62,479 nt of DNA from Deltaproteobacteria bacterium (GTDB lineage Bacteria; Desulfobacterota; DSM-4660; Desulfatiglandales; Desulfatiglandaceae): assembly GCA_021737425.1 (NCBI GenBank), contig JAIPDZ010000001.1:1-62479 (forward strand). The letters run 5' to 3'. The position numbers and the translations under genes were made by a program. Shown here in pieces: positions 29,288 through 38,631 of this stretch. How positions within the stretch are numbered: the first letter of the stretch is position 1; each line of letters starts with the position of its first letter. The notes under the pieces were generated by a model that saw only the letters and a list, made by a program, of their open reading frames with translations, ran no database searches and was not told the DNA's origin.

Positions 29288-30973
29288 ATGCATCAAAGCG
29301 GAGTCGATATTTTCCTGCGCAGTCTTATGGAGGAAGGGGTGGATACCATTTTCGGATATCCCGGGGCAGCCATCGTGGATATCCACCACCAACTGATCCA
29401 GGCCCCCATCCGCCACATCCTGGTACGCCACGAACAGGGGGCTGTCCATGCCGCCGACGGTTATGCCCGGGCCTCCGGCGGGGTGGGGGTCTGTCTGGTG
29501 ACCTCCGGCCCCGGCGCCACCAATACGGTGAGCGGCATCGCCTCGGCCTACGCGGATTCCATTCCCATAGTGGTCTTTACGGGCCAGGTGCCCACCGCCC
29601 TCATCGGGAACGACGCGTTCCAAGAGGTGGATATCGTGGGCATCACCCGGCCCTGCACCAAGCACAACTACCTGGTCACCCGGATTGAGGATCTGGCCCG
29701 GGTCATCAAAGAGGCCTTCCACCTCGCCGCATCCGGCCGCCCGGGACCGGTACTGGTGGATCTTCCCAAAAATCTCATGCAATCCACCGCCCCTCACACA
29801 TCCGCGGCGGCGGTGGACATCAAGTCCTACCAACCCACCTATCACCCCAATGTGAAACAACTGCACAAGGTGGTGGAACTGATTCAAAAGGCCCAAAAAC
29901 CGCTCATCCTGGCAGGGGGAGGGATCATCCTGTCCAAGGCATCCCAGGCCCTGAACCGGCTTGCCCACATCATCAACGCCCCGGTCACGGCCACCCTCAT
30001 GGGGCTGGGCGCCTTCCCGGCCGACTCCCCCCGGTGGCTGGGGATGATCGGTATGCACGGGACCTACAGGGCCAATATGGCCTCCGCCGCGTGCGACCTG
30101 ATGATCGCCGTCGGGGTCCGGTTCGATGATCGGGTCACCGGCAAAATAGAGGGGTTCGCCCCCCACGCCAAGATCGTGCACATCGACATCGACCCCACCT
30201 CCATCCGCAAAAACGTCCCGGTCACCGTCCCGGTGGTGGGGGACTGCAGAGTGACTTTAAACCGGCTGAACCGCCTCCTACAGGAGGCAGGGCTCTTTTG
30301 GAGTCCCGATTCCAGGGAATCCTGGATGGCCGAGATCGAAACGTGGAAGCAGACCCACCAGATGCGATACGAGCAGGCCGACGTGATCAAACCCCAGTAT
30401 GTGGTGGAAAAACTGCATGCCTTAACCGACGGAGAAGCGGTGGTGACCACGGAAGTGGGGCAAAATCAGATGTGGGCGGCCCAGTACTACCACTTCAATC
30501 AACCCAACTGCTTTATCACCTCGGGAGGCTTGGGATGTATGGGGTTTGGATTGCCAGCCGCCATCGGGGCCCAACTGGCCCGTCCGGACAGGGTGGTGGT
30601 GGATATTGCCGGCGACGGGAGTATCCAGATGAATATTCAGGAAATGGCCACGGCAGTCCAGTACGACCTTCCCATCAAAGTCATTATCCTGAACAACCAG
30701 TACCTCGGCATGGTTCGTCAATGGCAGGAACTCTTCTACCATAAATGCTATGCCTGCACCAAGATGGAACACACCCCTGACTTTCTGAAACTGGCTGAGG
30801 CCTACGGGGCCATGGGGCTTCGGGCCACCCGGCCGGAAGAGGTGGTCCCGGTACTCAAAGAGGGCCTTTCCATCCCCAGGACCGTGATCATGGAATTCAT
30901 GGTGGAACCCGAAGAGAAGGTATACCCCATGGTCCCGGCAGGGGCCCCCATCACCGAGATGCTGCTGGTGTAG
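29288..30973 (+). CDS. ilvB: acetolactate synthase large (catalytic) subunit
   Basis: ThDP-enzyme motifs GYPGAAI, VTSGPGATN and GLGCMGFGLPAAIGA..GDGS. 561 aa from ATG 29288. Confidence 0.9.
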   Translation: MHQSGVDIFLRSLMEEGVDTIFGYPGAAIVDIHHQLIQAPIRHILVRHEQGAVHAADGYARASGGVGVCLVTSGPGATNTVSGIASAYADSIPIVVFTGQVPTALIGNDAFQEVDIVGITRPCTKHNYLVTRIEDLARVIKEAFHLAASGRPGPVLVDLPKNLMQSTAPHTSAAAVDIKSYQPTYHPNVKQLHKVVELIQKAQKPLILAGGGIILSKASQALNRLAHIINAPVTATLMGLGAFPADSPRWLGMIGMHGTYRANMASAACDLMIAVGVRFDDRVTGKIEGFAPHAKIVHIDIDPTSIRKNVPVTVPVVGDCRVTLNRLNRLLQEAGLFWSPDSRESWMAEIETWKQTHQMRYEQADVIKPQYVVEKLHALTDGEAVVTTEVGQNQMWAAQYYHFNQPNCFITSGGLGCMGFGLPAAIGAQLARPDRVVVDIAGDGSIQMNIQEMATAVQYDLPIKVIILNNQYLGMVRQWQELFYHKCYACTKMEHTPDFLKLAEAYGAMGLRATRPEEVVPVLKEGLSIPRTVIMEFMVEPEEKVYPMVPAGAPITEMLLV

Positions 30974-30990
30974 GGAGGATGGACGTTCTT

Positions 30991-31497
30991 ATGGCGTATA
31001 AGACCGAGAAACACATCCTTTCCCTGATTGTGGAAAACCAGCCCGGAGTGCTGTCCCGCATTGTGGGCCTTTTCAGCGGGAGGGGCTTTAATATTGAGAG
31101 TCTCTGTGTGGCTGAAACGGCTGAGGCGGATATCTCCCGGATTACCCTGGTCACCCTCGGGGACATGGATATCATTGAGCAGATCAAAAAGCAGCTCAAC
31201 AAGCTGATCAACGTGATCAAGGTGATAGACCTCACCCATCGCCCCTTTGTGGCGCGTGACATGGCCTTGATCAAGGTAAGGGCCAGGCCCGAAAATCGCG
31301 CTGAAATCCTGCGGATGGTGGATATTTTCAGGGCCAGGGTGGTGGACGTGGGAGCCTTGTTTTATACCGTGGAAGTCATCGGCGATTTGGAGAAAATAAG
31401 ATCGCTTATCAATCTGTTAACCCCCATGGGGATCAAAGAGGTGGCGAGGACAGGGACCATCGCCCTTCCCCGTGAACTCAAAAAAAGGAGCAAATAG
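30991..31497 (+). CDS. ilvN: acetolactate synthase small (regulatory, ACT) subunit
   Basis: HILSLIVENQPGVLSRIVGLFSGRGFNIESL, an ACT domain. I prefer ATG 30991, which is 12 nt after GGGAGG. ATG 30979 is also possible. Confidence 0.85.
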   Translation: MAYKTEKHILSLIVENQPGVLSRIVGLFSGRGFNIESLCVAETAEADISRITLVTLGDMDIIEQIKKQLNKLINVIKVIDLTHRPFVARDMALIKVRARPENRAEILRMVDIFRARVVDVGALFYTVEVIGDLEKIRSLINLLTPMGIKEVARTGTIALPRELKKRSK

Positions 31498-32553
31498 ATG
31501 GCAAAGATCGATTTTGGTGGAATTGTGGAAGATGTGGTAACATCAGAAGAGTTTACCTTGGCAAAGATGCGGAAGATTCTGGCCCGGGAGACCGTGGCGG
31601 TGCTTGGTTACGGGGTCCAGGGACCCGGGCAGGCACTCAACATGAGGGATAACGGCATACCGGTCATTGTGGGCCAGCGCCAAAACAGCAAGAGCTGGGA
31701 TCGGGCCGTAAGGGACGGATTCGTGCCCGGAGAAACCCTCTTCCCCTTGGAAAAGGCCGCCCGCAGGGGGACCATGATCCTCTTTCTGGTATCGGATGCG
31801 GGTCAAATGGCCACCTGGCCCCAGGTCAAAAAGGAATTGAATCCCGGAGATGCCTTGTGTTTTTCCCACGGATTTTCCGTGGTGTACGGGGATCAGACCG
31901 GCATTGTGCCGCCATCGGATGTGGATGTGATCCTGGTGGCCCCAAAGGGTTCGGGGAGGACGGTCAGGACCAATTTTCTAAACGGAAGCGGGATCAATTC
32001 CAGTTATGCCGTGTTCCAGGATTACACGGGCCGGGCGGAAGAGAGGATTCAGGCCCTGGGGATTGCCATCGGTTCAGGGTACCTCTTTCCCACCACCTTT
32101 GAAAAGGAGGTGTACAGCGATCTGGCCGGAGAGCGGGGGGTGCTGATGGGGTGCCTGGCCGGGGTGATGGAGGCCCAGTACGCCCTTCTCAGAAAGCACG
32201 GGCACTCACCCAGTGAGGCCTTCAATGAGACCGTGGAGGAGTTGACCCAGAGCCTCATTCGGCTGGTGGCTGAAAACGGCATGGAGTGGATGTTTGCCAA
32301 CTGCAGCACCACGGCCCAGCGGGGGGCGCTGGACTGGAAGTCCAGATTTAAAGATGCGGTTACGCCCCTGTTTGACACCCTTTATGACAGCGTCACCTCC
32401 GGCAGGGAAACAGAGATCGTCCTTACGGCCAACAGCAAACCCGATTACCGGGACAGATTGGAAAAAGAGCTTTCTGAAATGGCGGAATCGGAGATGTGGA
32501 AGGCGGGGGCCGCTGTTCGCAGCCTGAGGCCTGAAAACAGGAATAAAGGATAG
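31498..32553 (+). CDS. ilvC: ketol-acid reductoisomerase
   Basis: VLGYGVQGPGQALNMRDNG Rossmann motif and conserved SHGF and APKG.G motifs. The start abuts the ilvN stop. Confidence 0.9.
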   Translation: MAKIDFGGIVEDVVTSEEFTLAKMRKILARETVAVLGYGVQGPGQALNMRDNGIPVIVGQRQNSKSWDRAVRDGFVPGETLFPLEKAARRGTMILFLVSDAGQMATWPQVKKELNPGDALCFSHGFSVVYGDQTGIVPPSDVDVILVAPKGSGRTVRTNFLNGSGINSSYAVFQDYTGRAEERIQALGIAIGSGYLFPTTFEKEVYSDLAGERGVLMGCLAGVMEAQYALLRKHGHSPSEAFNETVEELTQSLIRLVAENGMEWMFANCSTTAQRGALDWKSRFKDAVTPLFDTLYDSVTSGRETEIVLTANSKPDYRDRLEKELSEMAESEMWKAGAAVRSLRPENRNKG

Positions 32554-32567
32554 AAGGGGTGCGAATC

Positions 32568-33632
32568 ATGGGAAAATCATATACCATCGGCCTGATACCG
32601 GGGGACGGCACCGGACCTGAGGTGGTCAGAGAAGGGGTCAAGGTCCTGGATGCCCTGTGTCGGGATCACGGGTTTGGTCTTGAATTCCAACCCTTTGATC
32701 TGGGGGGAGAGAAATATCTTCAAGACGGCGCCCTCCTGGATTCCGCGGTCCTGGATCAGCTTCAAAAAACGGATGCTATTTTCCTGGGCGCCATCGGCCA
32801 CCCCCGGGTGAGGCCCGGGATCCTGGAAACCGAAATCCTTCTGAAACTGAGGTTCGAGCTGGATCTGTACATCAACCTGAGGCCGGTACGCCTCTATCCC
32901 GGAGTCAAAACGCCTTTACAGGATAAGGGCCCCCAAGACATCGATTTTGTGGTGGTGCGGGAAAACAGCGAGGGGATGTATGCAGGCGGGGGAGGGTTTT
33001 TCAAAAAGGGCCGACCGGACGAAGTGGCCATCCAGGAATCCATCACCACCCGAAAAGGGGTGGAACGGTGTATCCGGTATGCATTTGATTATTGCAGAAG
33101 CCGGGAGAAGACCGGGCGTCTCACCCTGTGCGCCAAGACCAATGTCCTGGTGTATGAATCCGATCTGTGGGAAAGGGTCTTTCATGAAGTCCATCAGGAA
33201 TATCCGGATGTTGCCATAAACTATCAGCATGTGGATGCCCTGTGCATGTGGATGATCAAAAATCCGGAACAATTTGATGTGATCGTGACCTCCAACCTGT
33301 TCGGAGACATTATCACCGATATCGGGGCCATCATCCAGGGAGGCCTGGGGATTGCCGCCGGTGGAAATATCAATCCCGAGGGCCTGGCCATGTTCGAGCC
33401 CATTGGGGGATCTGCACCCAAGTATGCCGGAAAAAACTGCATTAACCCCTTGGCGGCCATCTGTGCGGCACAGATGATGCTGTCCTTCCTGGGGGAACAC
33501 GCCGCGGCCTCTTCCCTGGAAAAGGCGGTCCAAAAAACCATTCAACAGGACCTGGACACCCTGGAGGCCGGAAGAATGGGCCATACCACCAGCGAGGTGG
33601 GCGATCTGGTGGTCAGTCATCTTGGAGGATGA
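32568..33632 (+). CDS. leuB: 3-isopropylmalate dehydrogenase
   Basis: IGLIPGDGTGPEV, the NLFGDIITD signature, and GSAPKYAGK. Confidence 0.9.
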   Translation: MGKSYTIGLIPGDGTGPEVVREGVKVLDALCRDHGFGLEFQPFDLGGEKYLQDGALLDSAVLDQLQKTDAIFLGAIGHPRVRPGILETEILLKLRFELDLYINLRPVRLYPGVKTPLQDKGPQDIDFVVVRENSEGMYAGGGGFFKKGRPDEVAIQESITTRKGVERCIRYAFDYCRSREKTGRLTLCAKTNVLVYESDLWERVFHEVHQEYPDVAINYQHVDALCMWMIKNPEQFDVIVTSNLFGDIITDIGAIIQGGLGIAAGGNINPEGLAMFEPIGGSAPKYAGKNCINPLAAICAAQMMLSFLGEHAAASSLEKAVQKTIQQDLDTLEAGRMGHTTSEVGDLVVSHLGG

Positions 33633-33638
33633 TATCGG

Positions 33639-35093
33639 ATGATGACCATGGCAAAGCCCAAAAAAGGAGACATCGTTGAGTTGACCCTGGACAAAATGGC
33701 CAACGGCGGGAGCGCCGTGGGCCGATTGGACGGCTTTGTCATTTTCGTACGGGGGGGCGTACCCGGGGATGTGGTGAAGGCCAGGATCTATAAAAAAAGA
33801 CGGACCCACGCAGAGGCCCGTCTGGAAACGGTGCTCCATCCCTCGGCCCATCGCATCCCCCCTCCCTGTGCCTATGCCGGATATTGCGGAGGCTGCCAGT
33901 GGCAGCAGGTGGCCTACGACCGGCAACTGGCGTACAAACAGGCCCTGGTCAAGGATCCCCTGATCCATATCGGAGGGCTCAAGGATGTGATTGTGCACCC
34001 GGTCATCCCTTCCGGGGAAATTTTCGGATATCGCAATAAAATGGAGTTCTCCTTCTCCGATCGTCGGTGGTATCTTCCCCATGAAATGGACAAACGGGAA
34101 AAGGAAGGGAATTTTGCCTTGGGGCTTCATGTGCCCGGAGCCTTTCAGAAGGTCATTGATCTGGAAACCTGCCTGCTTCAAAAAGTGACCGGCAACGACA
34201 TCCTGCGGGCAGTAAAGGCCCATGTTAAAACCAGCGGTATTCCGGTATACGGGCTCAAAAGCCATGAAGGGTTCTGGCGGTATCTAACCATTCGATCCTC
34301 CGGGGCCTTTGACCAGTGGATGGTGAACGTGGTGACTTCCACCGCACGTCCTGAGGTGATCCGTTCCCTGGCCGACCTGATGCACCACAAGATCCCGTCC
34401 GTCACCACGGTGGTCAACAATATCAACCGGCGCAAGGCCTCCATTGCCGTGGGTGACCAAGAACAGATCATCTCAGGAGACGGTTATATCCTGGACCGGA
34501 TCGGTCCTTTCACCTTCAGGGTATCCGCCAATTCGTTTTTCCAGACCCATCCCGCTGCAGCACAACGCCTCTATGAACAGGTGGTGGCCTATGCCCGCCC
34601 CACGGGCAGGGACACCGTGGTGGATCTCTACAGCGGCACCGGGACCATTCCCCTGTTCTTTGCCCCCCGGGTCCAGTCCGTGGTGGGCATGGAGTTAAGT
34701 CCCAGTGCGGTTTCAGATGCCGTGCGAAATTGTGCTGAAAACCATATTGACAACTGTGAATTCATCTGTGGGGATATCCGGGAAACCCTGGGCGCATTGA
34801 GCCACCGGCCGGACATCCTGATCATAGACCCCCCCCGGGCGGGCATGCACAAGGACGTGCTGGCCCGGGTCCTGGATCTATCCCCGGAGCGGATCGTCTA
34901 TGTGTCCTGCAATCCCGCCACCCTGGCCAGGGACCTGGGACAGATGGTACAGGCCTATCATCTGCTCGAAATCCAGCCCGTGGACATGTTTCCCAACACC
35001 TATCACGTGGAGTCAGTGGCCAGGCTGAGTCGTCGAAATCCCCCACCCGCAGTGCCAAAACCGGCAGATCCCCTCTTGACAGATGGCTTCTAA
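33639..35093 (+). CDS. rlmD: 23S rRNA (uracil-C5)-methyltransferase, RlmD/RumA family (TRAM, 4Fe-4S, SAM MTase)
   Basis: TRAM-like N-terminus (GDIVELTLDKMANGGSAVGR), Cys cluster CAYAGYCGGCQWQ, SAM motif DLYSGTGT, and catalytic VSCNPAT. Confidence 0.8.
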   Translation: MMTMAKPKKGDIVELTLDKMANGGSAVGRLDGFVIFVRGGVPGDVVKARIYKKRRTHAEARLETVLHPSAHRIPPPCAYAGYCGGCQWQQVAYDRQLAYKQALVKDPLIHIGGLKDVIVHPVIPSGEIFGYRNKMEFSFSDRRWYLPHEMDKREKEGNFALGLHVPGAFQKVIDLETCLLQKVTGNDILRAVKAHVKTSGIPVYGLKSHEGFWRYLTIRSSGAFDQWMVNVVTSTARPEVIRSLADLMHHKIPSVTTVVNNINRRKASIAVGDQEQIISGDGYILDRIGPFTFRVSANSFFQTHPAAAQRLYEQVVAYARPTGRDTVVDLYSGTGTIPLFFAPRVQSVVGMELSPSAVSDAVRNCAENHIDNCEFICGDIRETLGALSHRPDILIIDPPRAGMHKDVLARVLDLSPERIVYVSCNPATLARDLGQMVQAYHLLEIQPVDMFPNTYHVESVARLSRRNPPPAVPKPADPLLTDGF

Positions 35094-35106
35094 TCTGAAA
35101 ACCTGA

Positions 35107-35265
35107 ATCTCCATAGCGGCACAGGACCTCCCCCAAACCGTCCCGCCGTCATGGACTGGAGTAACCCAGGCCCTCTCCTGTACCCACTGTCACAGTCCGG
35201 ACGGGGTCATGGATTTCAAGGCCCTGGGCTATTCAGGAGATCCGGCCCTATCTAAAGGAAGGTGA
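35107..35265 (+). pseudogene. possible C-terminal remnant of a c-type cytochrome gene
   Basis: An open frame without a start codon: ..WTGVTQALSCTHCHSPDGVMDFKALGYSGDPALSKGR-stop. It carries a CXXCH haem motif at 35179-35193, and an in-frame TGA lies directly upstream at 35104. Confidence 0.25.
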
Positions 35266-35373
35266 CCGGGGCATCTTCATCCTTGACAACATGAAACATT
35301 CTTATGAATAATGGATTCATTCATATGCCCTTCAAACCCAACGTCTTTCTTTCAGTATAAAGAGTGAGCCGTC

Positions 35374-35661
35374 ATGACCATCACCAAAGCGCATCTCGCA
35401 AGCATTATCGGAAACCGATTGGCCTTTTCTGCTGACCGCGCCTCCTGCTTCGTCAACGCCCTTCTCGAAATCATGAAAAAGACCCTTGAAAGCGGAGAAG
35501 AGGTCATGATATCCGGATTCGGCAAATTCCAGGTCAAGGACAAAAACACCCGGCGGGGCAGGAATCCCCAAACCGGCAATCATCTGACCCTGGATGCCAG
35601 AAGGGTGGTCACATTCAGATGCTCAGAGGTGTTAAAACGCAAGATGAATGGAGGAGGGTAA
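35374..35661 (+). CDS. ihfA: HU/IHF-family DNA-binding protein, IHF-alpha-like
   Basis: 95 aa with ..ISGFGKFQVKDKNTRRGRNPQTGNHLTLDARRVVTFR.., the IHF/HU arm signature. Confidence 0.8.
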   Translation: MTITKAHLASIIGNRLAFSADRASCFVNALLEIMKKTLESGEEVMISGFGKFQVKDKNTRRGRNPQTGNHLTLDARRVVTFRCSEVLKRKMNGGG

Positions 35662-35913
35662 GTTTCAAGTTCAAGCGGGAGAATGGTTACGCCTCTCCTT
35701 GCTGCGGATGCCAAGGTGAGACCTTTGAAAAATGTTCAATTTTGGTTTAGCTCAAGTCGAACATCCGCTCTTTCCGTCATTCCGGCGAATCCCGGATCGT
35801 GGTCCGGGACAGGAGCCGGAATCCAGTGTTATCAGGCTCTTATCAAATCCCTGGCCCCCGTTTTTCAACGGGGTGACGACTTTTTACGAATGCATCATAC
35901 TTAAAATAAAAAA

Positions 35914-35946
35914 GGGTGAATCGCTTCCAGCCGATTCGCCCTTTTT
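35914..35946. terminator. bidirectional intrinsic terminator between the IHF-like gene and tRNA-Pro
   Basis: GGGTGAATCG-8 nt-CGATTCGCCC (one G-U pair), flanked by an A-run on the left and TTTTT on the right. It can therefore terminate both convergent transcripts. Confidence 0.6.
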
Positions 35947-35958
35947 CTTACGCTTTAC

Positions 35959-36035
35959 TGGTCGGGACGCGGGGATTTGAACCCCGGGCCCCCTGAACCC
36001 CATTCAGGTGCGCTTCCAGACTGCGCCACGTCCCG
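35959..36035 (-). tRNA. tRNA-Pro (anticodon GGG), CCA encoded
   Basis: Folded by hand into a 77-nt cloverleaf: acceptor CGGGACG/CGTCCCG, D stem GCGC/GCGC, anticodon stem CCTGA/TCAGG with loop AUGGGGU, T arm CGGGG-TTCAAAT-CCCCG, discriminator A, then CCA. Confidence 0.9.
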
Positions 36036-36050
36036 AAAATGTAAAGTGAT

Positions 36051-36078
36051 ATACTATAACACCCTGGGTTTTTGTCAA
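36051..36078 (-). promoter_or_regulatory. sigma-70-type promoter candidate for tRNA-Pro (TTGACA-16 nt-TAGTAT)
   Basis: On the minus strand, TTGACA at 36078-36073, a 16-nt spacer, and TAGTAT at 36056-36051. It lies 15 nt upstream of the mature tRNA 5' end. Confidence 0.35.
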
Positions 36079-36206
36079 GGGATAAAAGCGGGCCCCGGAT
36101 CACAAAGCCTCTTGTCAGGGTCTACAAAGGGCGGTACTATATAGACCAACGCACCCCCTCCCGGCAAATAAGATGGACTCATCAGGACCCGAACCAGGAT
36201 GACGCC

Positions 36207-38039
36207 ATGACCCATCCGAATTGCATAAACAACCGAAATATTAAGATCATCGCCACCTATGTCAAGGGGAAGTTGGGCAGTTGGGACCCGCTGTTTGAAG
36301 GGCTCTCCTATCCCACGGAAGAATACCCTTCGGCAGAAGATTTTTTCTTGGATGAAGATCAATGGACCACCTATGAGAATTTCGATCTGGTTTTGAGAAA
36401 GGCCAAAACCTTGGCGAATGAACCCGACTTCTGCTTCAACTGCGGGATCTCGTCCGCAAAGCTGCATTCCTGGGGCCGGTTTCAGTATTTTTTAAAGGTA
36501 TTCGCCACCCCCAACGATGGGTACATCAGGGTTCCTTTTTTTAATAAAAACCTAAACGATACCAAATACATAGAGGTTGTATCCCCCCCCGTTTTCGACC
36601 GCAACACCAAAAAAATGAGAGCCCTATTGAAGGCAAAATTCCATGAGGACTTCGATCTCAACCGGGATTATATGGCCGCCCCCTACCTGCGGGGGATCCT
36701 TTCATCCATCCCCACCCTATGGGGACTGCCGCCCGCCCGCGTAAAAGAGACGCTCTCCCCCTACGATCCGGAAGTGGTCTTTAACCGGGATCCTGAATTT
36801 GCCCCTTACCACCTCGATGTCGCTGTCAAAGACGGGGTCATGACCCTTCGGCACCCGGTTACGGGAGAGCGGGCCAAAGTGGGAAAACGGGTCTTCCTGG
36901 TGGCCGATCAAATCAATGACCATCCGGTGTTTATGGGTAAGTACAGCGCCAATCCGGCTGAAGCCCTGTCCAACACGCCGAATCCCCAGGAGGCCATCCT
37001 CATCACCCAAACCATTCAGGTGGACGGGCAAACCCTGTTCAGGGAAGGGGAGCTGTTCAAGGGACCTTACGCCATCTTAGATATCACCTACGACCGGATT
37101 TCCTGCTTACAGCGAATCGCCCCCCTCTTCAGTGTGGGAGGGCTCCAGGACTCGGGAGAGGAACTGATTGAGACCCTCGATCAATTGAGAAAAAACGTAA
37201 TGGCCAAAAATGAGGCCTACCTTGTGCTGGAGAAAAGCAATGAGGAACTGAAGGAAGCCAAGGCCCGCTTGGACCAATACAATACCGAACTGGAAAACAA
37301 GGTGGAGGAACGAACTTTTGAACTCAGAAAGGCCCAAGAGGAACTGCTTCAACTCAACGCAGAACTGGAAGCCAAGGTGCAAACTCAGGTGCGCCAACTT
37401 GAACGATATAAGGAACTGCGGCGGTATCTCTCTCCCAAGCTGGCCGAACAGATTCTGAGCAGTGATCAGGGCCTGGGGACAGAACCCGAGCGCAAACTGG
37501 TGACCGTGATCTTTACGGATATCCGGGGCTTTTCAAACCTGACCGACAGCATTGAGCCGGAAGAGGCCTTCTCGGTATTGAACCACTACCTGGCCGAAAT
37601 GATTAAAATCGTCCACGACCATGACGGGACCTTGAACAAAATCACCGGTGACGGCCTCCTCATCTTTTTCGGGGACCCGGTACCGGTTTCCGATCATGCA
37701 GAGCGGGCCGTACGCATGGCCGCGGCCATGCAACAAAGGGTGGACCAGCTCAAAGAAGACTGGACCCAGTACGGCCAGGACATGGGAGTGGGCATCGGGA
37801 TCAACACCGGGTTTGTGACCGTAGGCAATGTGGGTTCGGAGATACACCGGGACTACACCATCGTCGGCACTCAGGTCAATGTGGCCGCACGTCTGGAGTC
37901 GCTGGCCTTAGCCGGACAGATCCTTATCAGTAAACGGACCCACAGCAAGGTACACCACCTGGTACGGACGGATGATGTGGGGGAAATACAGGTCAAAGGG
38001 ATTCCCCGGCCCGTCAAGGTCTATTCCGTACTCTGGTAA
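36207..38039 (+). CDS. class III adenylate/guanylate cyclase with an uncharacterised ~330-aa N-terminal domain and a coiled-coil linker
   Basis: C-terminal catalytic domain VTVIFTDIRGFSNLT...KITGDGLLIFFG...GINTGFVTVGNVGS..YTIVGTQVNVAARLES. A heptad-rich linker (residues ~340-410) precedes it. Start taken at ATG 36207, because the track TTG start at 36072 overlaps the tRNA promoter. Confidence 0.8.
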   Translation: MTHPNCINNRNIKIIATYVKGKLGSWDPLFEGLSYPTEEYPSAEDFFLDEDQWTTYENFDLVLRKAKTLANEPDFCFNCGISSAKLHSWGRFQYFLKVFATPNDGYIRVPFFNKNLNDTKYIEVVSPPVFDRNTKKMRALLKAKFHEDFDLNRDYMAAPYLRGILSSIPTLWGLPPARVKETLSPYDPEVVFNRDPEFAPYHLDVAVKDGVMTLRHPVTGERAKVGKRVFLVADQINDHPVFMGKYSANPAEALSNTPNPQEAILITQTIQVDGQTLFREGELFKGPYAILDITYDRISCLQRIAPLFSVGGLQDSGEELIETLDQLRKNVMAKNEAYLVLEKSNEELKEAKARLDQYNTELENKVEERTFELRKAQEELLQLNAELEAKVQTQVRQLERYKELRRYLSPKLAEQILSSDQGLGTEPERKLVTVIFTDIRGFSNLTDSIEPEEAFSVLNHYLAEMIKIVHDHDGTLNKITGDGLLIFFGDPVPVSDHAERAVRMAAAMQQRVDQLKEDWTQYGQDMGVGIGINTGFVTVGNVGSEIHRDYTIVGTQVNVAARLESLALAGQILISKRTHSKVHHLVRTDDVGEIQVKGIPRPVKVYSVLW

Positions 38040-38148
38040 TCCGTTCAGAAAATGGCGGTCCCTTTTTGCAAAGGTTTATACATGCGGCAGTTGGCGTACG
38101 ATCTTCTTCATCGGATCTCACTTTTTGGCACAAAACAGAGGAGGCCCT

Positions 38149-38598
38149 ATGCACGAACAGACCGTTACCATTAGACTCATGGAGGCTGGTGATTTTGACG
38201 CTGTGGTGGAAATTGACGGGAAAATTCTGAAGACCTCCCGGCCGGAGTATTATGAGCAGAAGTTCGAAAAACTCTTTCAATCCAAAGATTATCTGCCCGT
38301 GTCCCTGGTGGCGGAAGCAGACGGCAAAGTGGTGGGGTTTGTCATGGGGGAACTCTATCTCGGAGAATACGGCATTTTCCAGGAAGAAGCCACCCTGGAT
38401 ACCATTGGCGTGGACCCGGACTACCGGCACCAGGGGGTTGGGGAACAGTTGATCAACGAATTCGTGGCCCACTTGAGAGATGTCGGCGTTCAAAAAATAA
38501 ACACATTGGTGGCCTGGAACGATACCGACCTGATTCGTTTCTTCAGCGCCAATCGGTTCAGCCCCTCCAACACCATGAATTTGGAGCGAACCCTCTGA
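38149..38598 (+). CDS. GNAT-family N-acetyltransferase
   Basis: 149 aa from ATG 38149, after AGAGGAGG. Acetyl-CoA motif A: IGVDPDYRHQGVGEQL. Confidence 0.75.
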   Translation: MHEQTVTIRLMEAGDFDAVVEIDGKILKTSRPEYYEQKFEKLFQSKDYLPVSLVAEADGKVVGFVMGELYLGEYGIFQEEATLDTIGVDPDYRHQGVGEQLINEFVAHLRDVGVQKINTLVAWNDTDLIRFFSANRFSPSNTMNLERTL

Positions 38599-38631
38599 GG
38601 GATTCAAAAGTCTTAAGGAAAGTGCGGGCCT

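Noticed and set aside
36072-36206. TTG start at 36072 for the cyclase
   Set aside because: It would overlap the tRNA-Pro promoter region, and the extra 45 residues look non-protein-like. ATG 36207 is preferred, although its RBS is weak.
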